Shown in pieces: positions 1 through 11,656 of a DNA stretch of 64,000 nucleotides. The DNA comes from Felis catus. Taxonomy: Eukaryota. The notes under the pieces were generated by a model, which saw nothing but the letters and a program-made list of their open reading frames with translations, ran no database searches and was not told where the DNA came from. How positions within the stretch are numbered: position 1 is the first letter of the stretch; each line of letters opens with the position of its first letter. A program made the position numbers and the translations under genes. The stretch spans positions 14,260,001-14,324,000 of the forward strand of contig NC_058376.1 of the NCBI RefSeq assembly GCF_018350175.1, given 5' to 3'.

Positions 1-2639
1 GATGACAGCTTTATAGTAGAGGCTAAAGTCTGGGATTGTGATGCCTCATGCTTTGGTCTTCTTCTTCAAAATTACTTTGGCTATTTGGGGCCTTTTGTGG
101 TTCCATACAAATTTTAGGATTGCTTGTTCTAGCTTTGANNNNNNNNNNNNNNNNNNNNNNNNNNNNNNNNNNNNNNNNNNNNNNNNNNNNNNNNNNNNNN
201 NNNNNNNNNNNNNNNNNNNNNNNNNNNNNNNNNNNNNNNNNNNNNNNNNNNNNNNNNNNNNNNNNNNNNNNNNNNNNNCCTTCATAAGCTTTCTATAGTT
301 TTCAGCATACAGATCTGTTACATCTTTGGTTAGGTTTATTCCTAGGTATTTTATGCTTCTTGGTGCAATTGTGAATGGTATCAGTTTCTTTATTTGCCTT
401 TCTGTTGCTTCATTATTAGTGTATAAGAATGCAACTGATTTCTGTACATTGATTTCGTATCCTGCGACTTTGCTGAATTCATATATCAGTTCTAGCAGAC
501 TTTTGGTGGAGTCTATTGGATTTTCTATGTATATCATGTCATCTGCAAAAAGTGAAAGCTTAACTTCATCTTTGCTAATTTTGATGCCTTTGATTTCCTT
601 GTGTTGTCTGATTGCTGATGCTAGAACTTCCAACACTATGTTAAACAACAGCAGTGAGGGTGGACATCCCTGTCATGTTCCTGATCTCAGGGAGAAAGCT
701 TTCAGTTTTTCCCCACTGAGGATGATATTAGCTCTGGGTTTTCATAAATGGCTTTTATGATGTTTAAGAATGTTCCTTCTATCCCGATTTTCTTGAGGGT
801 TTTTATTAAGAAGGGATGCTTTATTTTGTCAAATGCTTTTTCTGCATCGATTGACAGGATCATATGGNNNNNNNNNNNNNNNNNNNNNNNNNNNNNNNNN
901 NNNNNNNNNNNNNNNNNNNNNNNNNNNNNNNNNNNNNNNNNNNNNNNNNNNNNNNNNNNNNNNNNNNNNNNNNNNNNNNNNNNNNNNNNNNNNNNNNNNN
1001 NNNNNNNNNNNNNNNNNNNNNNNNTTGCATCCATATTCGTCAGGGATATTGGCCTGTAGTTCTCTTTTTTTACTGGGTCTCTGTCTGGTTTAGGAATCAA
1101 AGTAATACTGGCTTCATAGAATGAGTCTGGAAGTTTTCCTTCCCTTTCTATTTCTTGGAATAGCATAGAAGGATAGGTATTATCTCTGCTTTAAATGTCT
1201 GGTAGAACTCCCCTGGGAAGCCATCTGGTCCTGGACTCTTATTTGTTGGGAGATTTTGATAACTGATTCAATTTCTTCAGTGGTTATGGGTCGGTTCAAG
1301 CTTTCTATTTCCTCCTGATTGAGTTTTGGAAGAGTGTGGGTGTTTAGGAATTTGTCCATTTCTTCCAGGTTGTCCAATTTGTTGGCATATAATTTTTCAT
1401 AGTATTCCCTGATAATTGTTTGTATCTCTGAGGGATTGGTTGTAATCATTCCATTTTCATTCATGATTTTATCTATTTGGGTCATCTCCCTTTTCTTTTT
1501 GAGAAGCCTGGCTAGAGGTTTGTCAATTTTGTTTATTTTTTCAAAAAAACAACTCTTGGTTTCGTTGATCTGCTCTACAGTTTTTTTAGATTCTATATTG
1601 TTTATTTCTGCTCTGATCTTTATTATTTCTCTTCTTCTGCTGGGTTTAGGCTGCCTTTGCTGTTCTGCTTCTAGTTCCTTTAGGTGTGCTGTTAGATTTT
1701 GTATTTGGGATTTTTCTTGTTTCTTGAGATAGGCCTGGATTGCAATGTATTTTCCTCTCAGGATTGCCTTCGCTGCATCCCAAAGCGTTTGGATTGTTGT
1801 ATTTTCATTTTCGTTTGTTTCCATATATTTTTAAATTTCTTCTCTAATTGCCTGGTTGACCATTCATTCTTTAGTAGGGTGTTCTTTAACCTCCATGCCT
1901 TTGGAGGTTTTCCAGACTTTTTCCTGTGGTTGATTTCAAGCTTCATAGCATTGTGGTCTGAAAGTATGCATGGTATAATTTCAATTCTTGTATACTTATG
2001 AAGGGCTGTTTTGTGACCCAGTATATGATCTATCTTGGAGAATGTTCCATGTGCACTCGAGAAGAAACTATATTCTGTTGCTTTGGGATGCAGAGTTCTA
2101 AATATATCTGTCAAGTCCATCTGATCCAATGTATCATTCAGGGCCCTTGTTTCTTTATTGATCCTGTGTCTAGATGATCTATCCATTTCTGTGAGTGGAG
2201 TGTTAAAATCCCCTGCAATTACCACATTCTTATCAATAAGGTTGCTTATGTTTATGAGTAATTGTTTTATATATTTGGGGGCTCCCATATTTGGCTCATA
2301 GACATTTATAATTGTTAGCTCTTCCTGATGGATAGACCCTGTAAGTATTATATAATGTCCTTCTTCATCTCTTGTTACAGCCTTTAATTTAAAGTCTAGT
2401 TTGTCTGATATAAGTATGGCTACTCCAGCTTTCTTTTGGCTTCCAGTAGTATGATAAATAGTTCTCCGTCCCCTCACTTTCAATCTAAAGGTGTCTTCAG
2501 GTCTAAAATGAGTCTCTTGTAGACAGAAAATAGATGGGTCTTGTGTTTTTATCCATTCTGATACCCTATGTCTTTTGGTTGGCACATTTAATCCATTTAC
2601 ATTCAGTGTTATTATAGAAAGATACGGGTTTAGAGTCAT
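1..2639 (-). pseudogene. L1 ORF2 (endonuclease + reverse transcriptase), frameshifted
   Basis: Split across ORFs 1758-2639, 1180-1824, 702-1166 and 46-648 by frameshifts and N gaps. Confidence 0.9.
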
Positions 2640-2678
2640 TGTGATGTCTGTATGTAGTGATGTCTCTCGTACTTTTTC

Positions 2679-3573
2679 TCACAGGATCCCCCTTAGGATC
2701 TCTTGTAGGCCTGGTTTAGTGGTGATGAATTCCTTCAGTTTTTGTTTTTTTTGGAAGACATTTATCTCTCCTTCTATTCTAAATGACAGACTTGCTGGAT
2801 AAAGGATTCTCGGCTGCATATTTTTTCTGTCCAACACATTGAAGATCTGCTGCCAATCCTTTCTGGCCTGCCAAGTTTCAAAAGAGAGATCAGTCACGAG
2901 TCTTATAAGTCTCCCTTTATATGTTAGGGCAAGTTTATCCCTTGCTGCTTTCAGAATTTTCTCTTTATCCTTGTATTTTGCCAGTTTCACTATGATATGT
3001 TGTGCAGAAGATCGATTCAAGTTACATCTGAAGGGAGTTCTCTGTGCCTCTTGGATTTCAATGCCTTTTTCCTTCCCCAGTTCAGGGAAGTTCTCAGCTA
3101 TTATTTCTTCAAGTACACCTTCAGCACCTTTCCCTCTTTCTTCCTCCTCTGGGATACCAATTATGCGTATATTATTTCTTTTTAGTGTATCACTTAGTTC
3201 TCTAATTTTCCCCTCATACTTCTGGATTTTTTTTTAATCTCTTTTTCTCAGCTTCCTCTTTTTCCATAATTTTATCTTCTAGTTCACCTATTCTCTCCTC
3301 TGCCTCTTCAGTCTGAGCCGTGGGCGTTTCCATTTTATTTTGCATCTCATTTAAAGCGTTTTTCAGCTCCTCCTGACTATTCCTTAGTCCCTTGATCTCT
3401 GTAGCAATAGATTCTCTGCTGTCCTCTATTCTGTTTTCAAGCCCAGCGATTAATTTTATGACTATTATTCTAAATTCACTTTCTGTTATATTATTTAAAT
3501 CCTTTTTGATCAGTTCATTAGCTATTGTTATTTCCTGGAGATTCTTTTGAGGGGAATTCTACCCTTTGGTCAT
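2679..3573 (-). pseudogene. L1 ORF1, disrupted
   Basis: ATG at 3573 (minus) is followed by a TAG at codon 5; only the C-terminal 113 aa (2679-3020) is open and matches L1 ORF1p. Confidence 0.8.
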
Positions 3574-5142
3574 TTTGGATAGTCCCTGGAGTGGTGCGGA
3601 CCTGCAGGGCACTTCCCCTGTGCTGTGGTGTATAACTGGAGTTGGTGGGCAGGGCCGCAGTCAGACCTGATGTCTGCCCCCAGCCCACCGCTGGGGCCAT
3701 AGTCAGACTGGTGAGTGCCTTCTCTTCCCCTCTCCTAGGGGCAGGATTCACTGTGGGGTGGGGTGGTCCATCTGGACTACTTGCACACTGTCAGGCTTGT
3801 GGTGCTGGGGATCTGGCGTATTAGCTGGGGTGGGTAGGCAAGGTGCACGGGGGGCAGGAGGGGCAGGCTTAGCTCACTTCTCCCTAGGTGATCCACTTCA
3901 GGAGGGGCCCCTCTTCTGTGGGCCTCTCGTCTGCGCTTGGGTCCAGAGACTCCATTCTGCTAGTCTTCTGGTGGTTTTCTGGGTTATTTAGGCAGGTGTA
4001 GGTGGAATCTAAGTGATCAGCAGGATGCGCGGTGAGCCCAGCATCCTCCTATACCACCATCTTCTGCTGGTCCGAGAAATACTTTTGAATGTGTTTGAAA
4101 GGGAACCATCTGACACGCTGAATACATAGTAGAAAAATGGCAGATGAATTTCCTACTCTCAGAGTGTTTACATTTTGTTGGTGTTAATAAATATGTTACA
4201 AATTAATTATGACAAATTTAGACACATAATTTGCTTGGAGAGAATAAAACAGCTTCCTGGGGAAGAGAATGAAGGTTCATTAAATATTGGAGAGATAGTT
4301 CGGGGTGGTACTTTGATGTTTGGTGTCAAACGAACTGATCAAGTTGAAAGAATGGGCAGAAAGGGCAGTACCAAGCAGAAAGGGGAAGAGAAATTCATTA
4401 TGTGTTGGGTATGATCAGTGGTGCCACAGTTTTCAGTTGAAAAGAGGAAGGAGTAGGGCTTTAATGGTGTCCTTTAGTGTCTTCCCTGGTGCGTATACAA
4501 GAATGGGATGAGAAGCCCAGTCCTTTCTGAGTTTGAGAACCTTCCGTTTGTTGGGGTCTGACTTCAGTGTCCTTTCCTCAGGTGCCATTCCAGAGCTCTC
4601 ACCTTTAGATCCTACAATAGAAAATGTATTTCAGACTCAAATTCAACCAGCAGTGAATAACCAATCACTGATTCATATGCATGGCAAAGGTGAGTGCACA
4701 AAGTCTGAGTGTGAGGATCCTAGAGCCAGGAGACTCTAAACCATGTCAAATTCCAAGGAGGATGGCCTTGCCATCGAGGTCAGCCCTGGATGGAGGCTAT
4801 GCCCAGTATAGTAAGTGTCCTGCTGATGAAGAATTAAGCCTTCTCTCAAGGGATGGAATTATCACACATGGCATAGTCTAAATCTGATGTGATGACTGAG
4901 TGTGCTGTGAGTTAGTCTAGGATGGGTACATCCTACAACAGGGAAAAGAATTCTAATAATTACAGTTTGTTGAAAATCTATTCATTGTTTCATTATGTTC
5001 CTTGTCTTTGAAGGCTTCTGAAGGAGGGAAGAATATCATCAATTAGGCATGTATATCATAATTTACATATCTAGTAACGGTCTGGTTATTTATAAGGCAT
5101 AGAAGAACATAAGGAACAATGCGTTCACAAACAGACTACTAT

Positions 5143-5371
5143 ATTTATTTTTTTATTTATTTGAATTTTTTTCTTTTTTCTTTTTTTTTTTTTTTGAGAG
5201 ACAGAGTGTCAGGGTGGGAAGGGCAGAGTGAGAAAGAGACACAGAATCTGAATCAGGCTTCAGTCTCCAGGCTGTCAGCACAGAGCTCTACATGGGGCTC
5301 GAACTCACAAACCATTAGACATCACCTGAGCTGAGGTTGGACACTTAACCAATGAGCCACCCGGGAACCCC
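5143..5371 (-). mobile_element. CanSINE (SINEC_Fc-like), duplicated with the array (paralog 17295-17535)
   Basis: Poly(T) at left, GAGACACAGAATCTGAA body, TSD CAGACTACTAT/CAGACTACCAT. Confidence 0.9.
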
Positions 5372-7133
5372 CAGACTACCATCAAAGTGTGAAATTTGAG
5401 ACTCTTAGTCCAAGAATATTGGGGATTTTCAGGTTGAATGGAATGAGATTATTGCGATAATATATTGAATTATTTTATAACTTCTAAATGGCACACCAAC
5501 ATTTCAACACGGTTTTTTAAATGCATTTTTTAATTGGAGAAATATTGAAGGAATTCAAATTATGTGCCAGGCTGTACTTCATCGGGAAACAGGGTTGCAC
5601 AGAATAAAAGACTTTTTTTTCTGCCATTATGCATCTGTATTCAGAAACCTGAATGGAAAGGTACTGGAAATAATGTAATAGAGCTAGAAAACTTTTCCAA
5701 TAGTTCAGGAGAATTGTGACAAGAAAGGGGGTGTTAGAAAAGCAAAGTGTGTATTCAGGGATTTTGTGCACTAGAGATTATGGTTGTGAATTTCAAGAAT
5801 GGTAGAAAAGTAGGGAAAATTAAGGTAACGAACAATTGTAGTGGGCATATTTTCCTTAAACTTCTTGTAAGGGATGAATCACAGCAGAGGGACCACATAC
5901 CCCAGTGTAAAAGTCATAGGAAATACTGTCAACTGAAGGAAAAATGTCTACTAAGGAAAGATCACAGGAAACGAAAACAGCAGTTTTATGAAATTCCCAG
6001 GTGAAAGTATTCAGTAAAAGACTGGATGTCACTCATTCTTTGATGGGAAATTTTAGCATGGAGTAGAAGGAATGATCTTCCTGAGTTTGTACTCCCTTCC
6101 AGGTTGGATTTTAAAGTTCACAGTAAAAAGTAATACAAATTTTGGATTCTGCCAGATTCGTAAAATGGTGATTGATGTAAAGCATAGACAACGAAGACAA
6201 GCAGAAACATCCCAAGAAACAACCATACAAANNNNNNNNNNNNNNNNNNNNNNNNNNNNNNNNNNNNNNNNNNNNNNNNNNNNNNNNNNNNNNNNNNNNN
6301 NNNNNNNNNNNNNNNNNNNNNNNNNNNNNNNNNNNNNNNNNNNNNNNNNNNNNNNNNNNNNNNNNNNNNNNNNNNNNNNNNNNNNNNNNNNNNNNNNNNN
6401 NNNNNNNNNNNNNNNNNNNNNNNNNNNNNNNNNNNNNNNNNNNNNNNNNNNNNNNNNNNNNNNNNNNNNNNNNNNNNNNNNNNNNNNNNNNNNNNCAATA
6501 GAATGATTAGATAAAGGGTTTAGTTGAGAAAAAAAGGAAGTATTTGGAATTAGACACCAATAAAGTGAGAATATATAGATGTGAGGTTACAAACCAAGGT
6601 TTCTAGATCTCAACACTATTGGCATTGTACAGCAGAAGTTCCAGTGTTGTTGGGCTTTGTTCTGATGACTGGAATTAGCATCTTCCCTCATTTATCACAC
6701 ATGGAGCTACTAGGTATCTGCAGGAGGTATCTGGGTGTGAGAAGGCAGGTAAAAATTTGCAATGATTCCAGAAAGATGATGGGAGTTATTTCCTTCCCTA
6801 TGGGGACAGGTAGATAGCGTAGGAAAAAGGAGAGATCAAGAGGACAAGATTTTCCTAAATGTCCCTCAACAATGATACATAAGGTAAATTAAATGGCAAC
6901 AAGTTGTGAAGCTGGGTACCAGTTTTACGTATGGCCTATGATTCTAGTGAGAGAATTCTTTGGCAGAGCAATTAAAATGCTGTTCTTTAAATATAACTGG
7001 AGACCTCAACAGAATGAAGTCACATTTCCCAAGACATTTATTGATTGTTGACAGTGAGTGGCATACCAGAAGTGCTTACATATTTGTTGGGTATGTCAGG
7101 GGATGAATGGTATGTTCTGCCAATTACTGACAG

Positions 7134-7141
7134 TATATAAA
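7134..7141 (+). promoter_or_regulatory. TATA box, copy 1
   Basis: GTATATAAAGGT, 83 bp upstream of ATG; same motif before all ten copies. Confidence 0.85.
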
Positions 7142-7216
7142 GGTCCAAGGCTAGTAGAAGACACACAGTTCACCACATCCTCTCGCAACCCACGTGAAAT
7201 CTCTTCTCTTGACAAG

Positions 7217-7489
7217 ATGTGTTGCAACTACGGCAACTCCTGTGGCTATGGCTGTGGCTATGGCTATGGCTGTGGCTATGGCCCCTATTACAGCTGGAGT
7301 TATGGACCTGGCTATGGCTGTGGATATGGCTCCTGGTATGGCTGTGGCTCTGGCTGTGGATATGGCTCCTGCTGTGGCTATGGCCCCAGATATGGCTGTG
7401 GTTGTGGCTATGGTTCCGGCTGCTATGGTTCCGGCTGCTATGGTTACCGGCCATTTTGCTATAGAAGATGTTATTCTTCTTGCTGTTAG
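7217..7489 (+). CDS. KRTAP21: KRTAP21-like HGT-KAP, array copy 1 (90 aa, Trp-bearing type A)
   Basis: MCCNYGNSCGYGCG...[14 protein letters not shown] resembles human KRTAP21-1 termini; TATA 7134, AATAAA 7764; intronless. Start is the ATG downstream of the TATA, not ORF-track 7058. Confidence 0.9.
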   Translation: MCCNYGNSCGYGCGYGYGCGYGPYYSWSYGPGYGCGYGSWYGCGSGCGYGSCCGYGPRYGCGCGYGSGCYGSGCYGYRPFCYRRCYSSCC

Positions 7490-7763
7490 AACATCACCCC
7501 ATTGTCCTCTAAATAAGACACGTCTAATGAGAGGGCTGAATCAAGGATTCATACCTCACATTTTCTATATCCACGAAATTGCATGCTTCTCAGAGGTTCA
7601 CACCTTCAAGCAACATTTCTAGAATGGCATCCTGTGCTTCAAGGCAGTGTGGTATCATCTGACTCTTTTCCAAATGTTGATGTTTATTCCTTTACTCTGG
7701 ATTCTGTCATCTGACTGTGGAAACAAGCCTAACACCCCACTGTTGGGCAAATACCTTATTCTC

Positions 7764-7769
7764 AATAAA
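7764..7769 (+). terminator. Poly(A) signal, copy 1
   Basis: CCTTATTCTC-AATAAA conserved ~275-290 bp after the stop in all seven array copies. Confidence 0.8.
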
Positions 7770-10240
7770 AGTGATTCTTTACTTCTAGTATATCTCTATG
7801 TTCTTGCTTGTGAATTACTCCTTTTTTTGAGGTATTATGACTTCTCTTGAAAATCTAGGTGACAATATGTTTCATGAACATGAGGGCTCTTCCTTCATGT
7901 AATGGGAGCATTTCTTCTCTTATGTGCATCAGAGAAAATGCCTTTTCTACCTGTGCCTTGCACCCTCATGCCCAGGCCCTCACAACTCAACACAAATCAC
8001 AGAGTATTTCAGAACTTTCATCTGGAAATCACACTCTATGTAGAATGGAGGTGGAGGGGAAAGGCAAGGAGGGATGTTACCTCTTTTGGAGGTTGTGAGA
8101 CAAGCTCCAGGGAGAGGAGGTGTGGCCTGAGTACTTCAAGGATGAATGGAATGGAAGAGAGAGTTTCCAGATTAATGAGAAATTAGAAATGGAATCGGGT
8201 GTCTAATGAACTAAGGAAAGGAAAATTTAGAAGAAAGATGTGGTATTGTATCATCTGTAATTTAATGGAAGTCTGGATGTATTGTTGGCATATATTGTGA
8301 GTGAGGAAATTGATATGTGAGTCACTTAACTCACAAATAGTTTAGAATGTTTTTGAAAGGGAACTATCCTACACTCTGAAGATACAGGAGAAAAACTGTG
8401 GAGTACTTTCTTGCTCTCAGAGTGTTGACATTCTCATGGCGATATTTAAAAATAAGTAGGAATTAGTTGAAATTAATTTGGAGAGATCATACCTATGAAG
8501 GCAATAAAACATCTTACTGGGGAAGAGATTGTAGGCTGAAGGATTGCGGAGATAGTTCAAGGATGTATTTTGACATTTTGTGTCAAATGAACTGATGCCA
8601 TTTGAAAGAAATACTAGAAAGAACAGTTGTAAGTATAAAGGAGAAAGAGAAATTCATGAAGGTTGGGGTTTGATTGGTGGTGCCACAATTTGTAGTGGAA
8701 AAAAGCAAGGGATAGTTTGGGAGTTGCGAGCTTACTATTGTGTTGGGTTCTTACCAAAGTGTCTTTTCCTCATATGCCTTCCAGAACTCTAACAGTTAGA
8801 GTGTACATCAGAAAAAGTGTCTTCAGAGTCAATTTCTACCAGCAGAAAGAATGACTCACTGTCTCATCTCCATGACAAAAGTCACTGAAGAAATTCTGAG
8901 TCTGAGGACACTGGAGCTAAAAGACTCCATCCACAACATGGCCAATTCTAAGGAAAATAACCGTGCCATCAAGGTCAGCCCTGGCATGAGGCTATGCCCA
9001 GGATATTAAGTGTCCTGCTGTGGAAGGATCAAGGCTTCTGTCACGGGTTGGAAGTTTTCAATATGGAACACCCTAAGTCTGTTCTGAGGACTGCCTGTGC
9101 TCTGGGTTAGTCAAGGGGGGGTGGGGGGGGGGTAAATCCTACCGACAGGGGAAGAAATTCCATTAATTACAGTTTGTTAAAAATCTACTCATTGTTCTAT
9201 TATGTTCCTTGTCTTTGAAGGCTTCCTGAAAGAGGGAAGAACATCATCAGATAGGCATGTATATCACAATTTACATATCCATAAAGGGTCGAATATTTAT
9301 TAGGTATATAAGATAACTTGCACGTCTGTGACAAGGTGTTCATAAACTGACAAGTATCCTCAAAATGAGATATTTGAATCTCACTAGTTAAAAACTTTTG
9401 AGACTTTCAGGATGGAAAGAGTAGAATGGAATGAGAACATGGTGATAATATATTGAATTATCTTATAACTTGTACTGGCACACCAACATTTGAACACGAT
9501 TTTGTTTTAATGCATTTCTTTACTGGGGAAATATTGACGGAATTCAAATTATGTGCCAGGCTCTACTTCATCTGGAAAGAGGGGTGCACAGACGAGGAGA
9601 TTATGTTTCTGCCATTATGGATCTGTATTAAGAAACCTGAATGGAAAGTTACTAGAAATACTGCAAGAAAGCTGGAAAACTTTTCCCATAGTTCAGGAGT
9701 ATTGTGACAAGAAAGGGGTTGTTAGAAAAGCAAAGTGTGTATTCTAGGGATTTTGTGCATTAGAGTTTATAGCTGTGAATTTCAAGAATGGTAGAAAAGT
9801 AGAGAAAATTAAGCCAAAGAATAATTGTAGTGGGTATATTTTCCTTAAACTTCTGGTAAGGGATGAATTAGAGCAGAGTGATCAGATAGAGCAATCAAAA
9901 AGTCATAGGAAATACTGTCAACTGAAAGAAAAATGTCTACTAAGGAAAAATCACAGGAAAGAAAATCACCAGTTTTATGAAATTCCCAGGTGAAAGCATT
10001 GAGTGAAAGACTGGATGTCACTCATTTCTTTGATGGGAAATTTTAGCGTGGAGTAGAAGGAATGATCTTCCTGAGTTTGTTCTCCCTTCCAGCTTGGATT
10101 TTAGAGTTGTCACAGTAAAAAGTAATACAAATTTTGGATTCTGCCAGATTCATAAAATGGTGATTGATGTAAAGAGTAGACAACAAAGATGAGCAGAAAC
10201 ATCCCGGGAAACAACCATACAAACAAAAAAACAGAGACAC

Positions 10241-10266
10241 CTTCCTTCCTTCCTTTCTTTCTCTTT

Positions 10267-10308
<42 letters not shown>

Positions 10309-10395
10309 TTTCTTTCTTTCTTCTTTCTTTCTTTCTACTCTCTCTCTTTCTTTCTTTCATTATTTCTAAATTCTTCCTTCCTTCTTTCCTTCCTT
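10241..10395. repeat. (TTTC)n/(TTCC)n polypyrimidine microsatellite upstream of copy 2
   Basis: Direct reading. Confidence 0.95.
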
Positions 10396-11053
10396 GTTTT
10401 CTTATTGACTTTATGTCTGGCGATGGAATGATTGAATAATGGGTTTAGTTGAGAAAAAAAGGAAGAATTTGGAATTAGACACCAATAAAGAGAGAATATA
10501 TAGATGTGAGGTTACAAACCAAGGTTTCTAGATCTCAACACTATTGGCATTGTACAGCAGAAGTTTCAGTGTTGTTGGGCTTTGTTCTGTTGGCTGGAAT
10601 TAGCATCTTCCCTCCTTTATCACACATGGAGCTAGTAGGTATCTGCAGTAGGTATCTGGGTGTGAGAAGGCAGGTAAAAATTTGCAATGATTCCAGAAAG
10701 ATGATGGGAGTTATTTCCTTCCCTATGGGGTAGGTAGCTTAGGAAACAGAAGATATCAAGAGGATAAAATTTTCCTAAATGTCCCTCAACGATGATTCAT
10801 AAGGTAAATTAAATGACAGTAAGTTGTGAAGGTGGGTACCAGTTTTACGTATGGCACATGATTCTAGTGAGAGATTCTTTGGCAGAGCAAATTAAAATGC
10901 TGTTCTTTAAATATAACTGGAGACTCCAACAGAATGAAGTCACATTTCCCAAGACTTTTATTGATTGTTGACAGTGAGTGGCATACCAGAAGTGCTTACA
11001 TATTTGTTGGGTATGTCAGGGGATGAATGGTATGTTCTGCCAATTACTGACAG

Positions 11054-11061
11054 TATATAAA
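11054..11061 (+). promoter_or_regulatory. TATA box, copy 2
   Basis: TATATAAA at the conserved position. Confidence 0.85.
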
Positions 11062-11136
11062 GGTCCAAGGCTAGTAGAAGACACACAGTTCACCACATCC
11101 TCTCGCAACCCACGTGAAATCTCTTCTCTTGACAAG

Positions 11137-11370
11137 ATGTGTTGCAACTACGGCAACTCCTGTGGCTATGGCTGTGGCTATGGCTATGGCTGTGGCTATG
11201 GGCCCTATTATGGCTGTAGTTATGGACCTGGCTATGGCTGTGGATATGGCTGTGGATACGGCTCCTGCTGTGGCTATGGCACCAGATATGGCTGTGGCTG
11301 TGGCTATGGCTCTGGTTGCTGTGGCTACCGGCCATTTTGCTATAGAAGATGTTATTCTTCTTGCTGCTAG
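11137..11370 (+). CDS. KRTAP21: KRTAP21-like HGT-KAP, array copy 2 (77 aa)
   Basis: MCCNYGNSC...[14 protein letters not shown]; TATA 11054, AATAAA 11651. Confidence 0.9.
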   Translation: MCCNYGNSCGYGCGYGYGCGYGPYYGCSYGPGYGCGYGCGYGSCCGYGTRYGCGCGYGSGCCGYRPFCYRRCYSSCC

Positions 11371-11650
11371 AACATCACTGTCCAAGACACATTTGCTTCT
11401 GAAGTGGCATGGCTTAAGGGAGGGCTGATTCATTGATTTATACCCCAAGATTTCTATATCCAATGAATTGCATGCTTTCGGTAATTGTGACCTCTAGTTA
11501 GCATTTGTATGAAGGCTTCCTGTGGCTGAGGCTATGTGGTATCCTCTGACTATTTTCCAAATGTTAGTCTTCACTTCCCTAATCTGGGTTCTGTGTTGAG
11601 ACTGTGGCAACATATTTAAAATCCCACAGTGAGGTAAATCCCTTATTCTC

Positions 11651-11656
11651 AATAAA
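11651..11656 (+). terminator. Poly(A) signal, copy 2
   Basis: AATAAA in conserved context. Confidence 0.8.

Larger units (their letters stand above)
1..4076 (-). mobile_element. LINE-1 (carnivore/felid type), 5' part of a probably full-length disrupted element; 3' part runs off the left edge
   Basis: Minus-strand ORFs encode L1 ORF2 endonuclease (MTLNPYLSIITLNVNGLN...LQETH...GDFNTPL...SDHN) and RT segments ([21 protein letters not shown]), plus ORF1 C-terminus (RILYPASLSF...LQEILRGIL). GC-richer 5'UTR at 3574-4076 starts with AAGATGG. Array sequence resumes at 4077 (AAATACTTTT, a candidate TSD). Confidence 0.95.

Noticed and set aside
1-4076. Active L1
   Set aside because: Early stop in ORF1 and several frameshifts in ORF2.
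4175-6004. Recurrent small ORFs (MLVLINMLQ..., MRTFRLLG..., MNFKNGRK...) appearing conserved between units
   Set aside because: Similarity reflects recent duplication; the frames break in more diverged units and match no known protein I recognise.
7058-7216. N-terminal extensions in the ORF track (MAYQKCLHIC..., also 10978, 15080, 19048, 23060, 31175, 43658)
   Set aside because: They start upstream of or right beside the TATA box (VYKG is the TATA itself), mostly at GTG/TTG, so they are not in the mRNA.
7170-7622. Antisense His/Ser-repeat ORFs and alternate-frame (MAVA)n and (LW)n ORFs over every KRTAP (also 43638-44343)
   Set aside because: Automatic result of GGC-TAT/TGT repeats lacking stops in other frames; they lack their own promoter or poly(A) signal and their ends vary between copies.
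10043-10431. Lys/Glu/Arg-rich and Phe/Leu/Ser-rich ORFs (also 18180-18488, 53009-53424)
   Set aside because: Translations of microsatellites.
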